64,000 nucleotides of DNA from Eledone cirrhosa. Taxonomy: Eukaryota. Below are positions 63,101 to 64,000 of this stretch, piece after piece (position 1 is the first letter of the stretch; each line of letters opens with the position of its first letter). The stretch lies in assembly GCA_964016885.1 (NCBI GenBank), contig OZ024759.1:3720001-3784000 (forward strand), read 5' to 3'. The position numbers and the translations under genes were made by a program. The notes below the pieces were generated by a model that saw nothing but the letters and a program-made list of their open reading frames with translations, ran no database searches and was not told the origin of the DNA.

Positions 63101-64000
63101 GAGTCTACAATGTCTGTGTGTCTACAGTGTCTGTGTGTGTACAGTGTCTGTGTCTACAGTGTCTGTGTCTACAGTGTCTGAGTCTACAATGTCTGTGTGT
63201 CTACAATGCCTGTGTCTACAGTGTCTGTGTGTCTGTGTCTACAGTGTCTGTGACTACAAAGCCTGTGTCTACAGTGTCTGTGTGTCTACAGTTTCTGTGT
63301 CTACAGTGTCTGTGTCTGCAGTGTCTGAGTCTACAATGTCTGTGTGTCTACAGTGTCTGTGTCTACAGTGTCTGTGTGTCTACAGTGTCTGTGTGTCTAC
63401 AATGTCTGTGTGTCTACAGTGTCTGTGTGTCTACAATGTCGGTGTGTCTACAGTGTCTGTGTGTCTACAGTGTATGTGTCTACAGTGACTGTGTGTCTAC
63501 AGTGTCTGTGTGTCTACAATGTTTGTGTGTCTACAGTGTCTCTGTGTCTACAATGCCTGTGTCTACAGTGCCTGTGTCAACAGTGCCTGTGTCTACAATG
63601 TCTGTGTGTCTACAGTGTCTGTGTGTCTACAGTGTCTGTGTGTCTACAGTGTCTGTGTGTCTACAGTGTCTGTGTTTCTACAGTGTCTGTGTGTCTACAG
63701 TGACTGTATATACAGTGTCTGTGTGTCTACAGTGTCTGTGTGTCTACAGTGTCTGTGTGTCTACAGTGTCTACAGTGTCTGTGTGTCTACAATATCTGTG
63801 TCTACAGTGTCTGTGTGTCTAAAATGTCTGTGTCTACAGTGACTGTGTGTCTACAGTGTCTGTGTGTCTACAATGTCTGTGTGTCTACAGTGTCTGTGTG
63901 TCTACAGTGTCTCTGTGTCTACAATGCCTGTGTCTACAGTGCCTGTGTCTACAATGTCTGTGTGTCTACAGTGTCTGTGTGTCTACAGTGTCTATGTCTA
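39200..64000. repeat. 15/17-bp satellite (gtctacagtgtctgt[gt])n, >24 kb, with higher-order structure; runs off the window edge
   Basis: Direct reading; identical variant strings recur at offsets of ~10.4 kb and ~6.1 kb. Confidence 0.97.

Noticed and set aside
39195-63842. Dozens of long Cys/Val/Ser-rich ORFs
   Set aside because: The satellite lacks stops in all three plus frames, and 15/17-bp units shift frame constantly.

Overview
This is AT-rich, repeat-dense animal genomic DNA. The mix of tRNA-SINEs, RTE, CR1 and MITEs suggests an octopus or other coleoid cephalopod (inference). All host coding sequence I can find is on the minus strand. (1) Ten exons of exactly 138 bp, all phase 1-1 with GT-AG ends, lie between 25985 and 537. 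Each encodes one 46-aa, 8-Cys MEGF10/CED-1/SCARF-type EGF module, and they splice into an uninterrupted 460-aa frame. Five of them are not shown in their coding frame in the ORF track. (2) Two exons (38732-38882 and 37173-37398) splice in frame and encode the end of one fasciclin (FAS1) domain and the start of the next. Introns contain a 5'-truncated RTE LINE, CR1 and R4-like remnants, a Penelope-like GIY-YIG fragment with inverted pLTR and a hammerhead-like motif, a Tc1/mariner relic, MITEs, SINEs, a 5S rRNA fragment and fold-back palindromes. They also hold locally born minisatellites, one of which derives from half of an EGF exon. The last ~25 kb is a 15/17-bp satellite with a ~10.4-kb higher-order repeat. 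Almost all long ORFs in the track are repeat artefacts.
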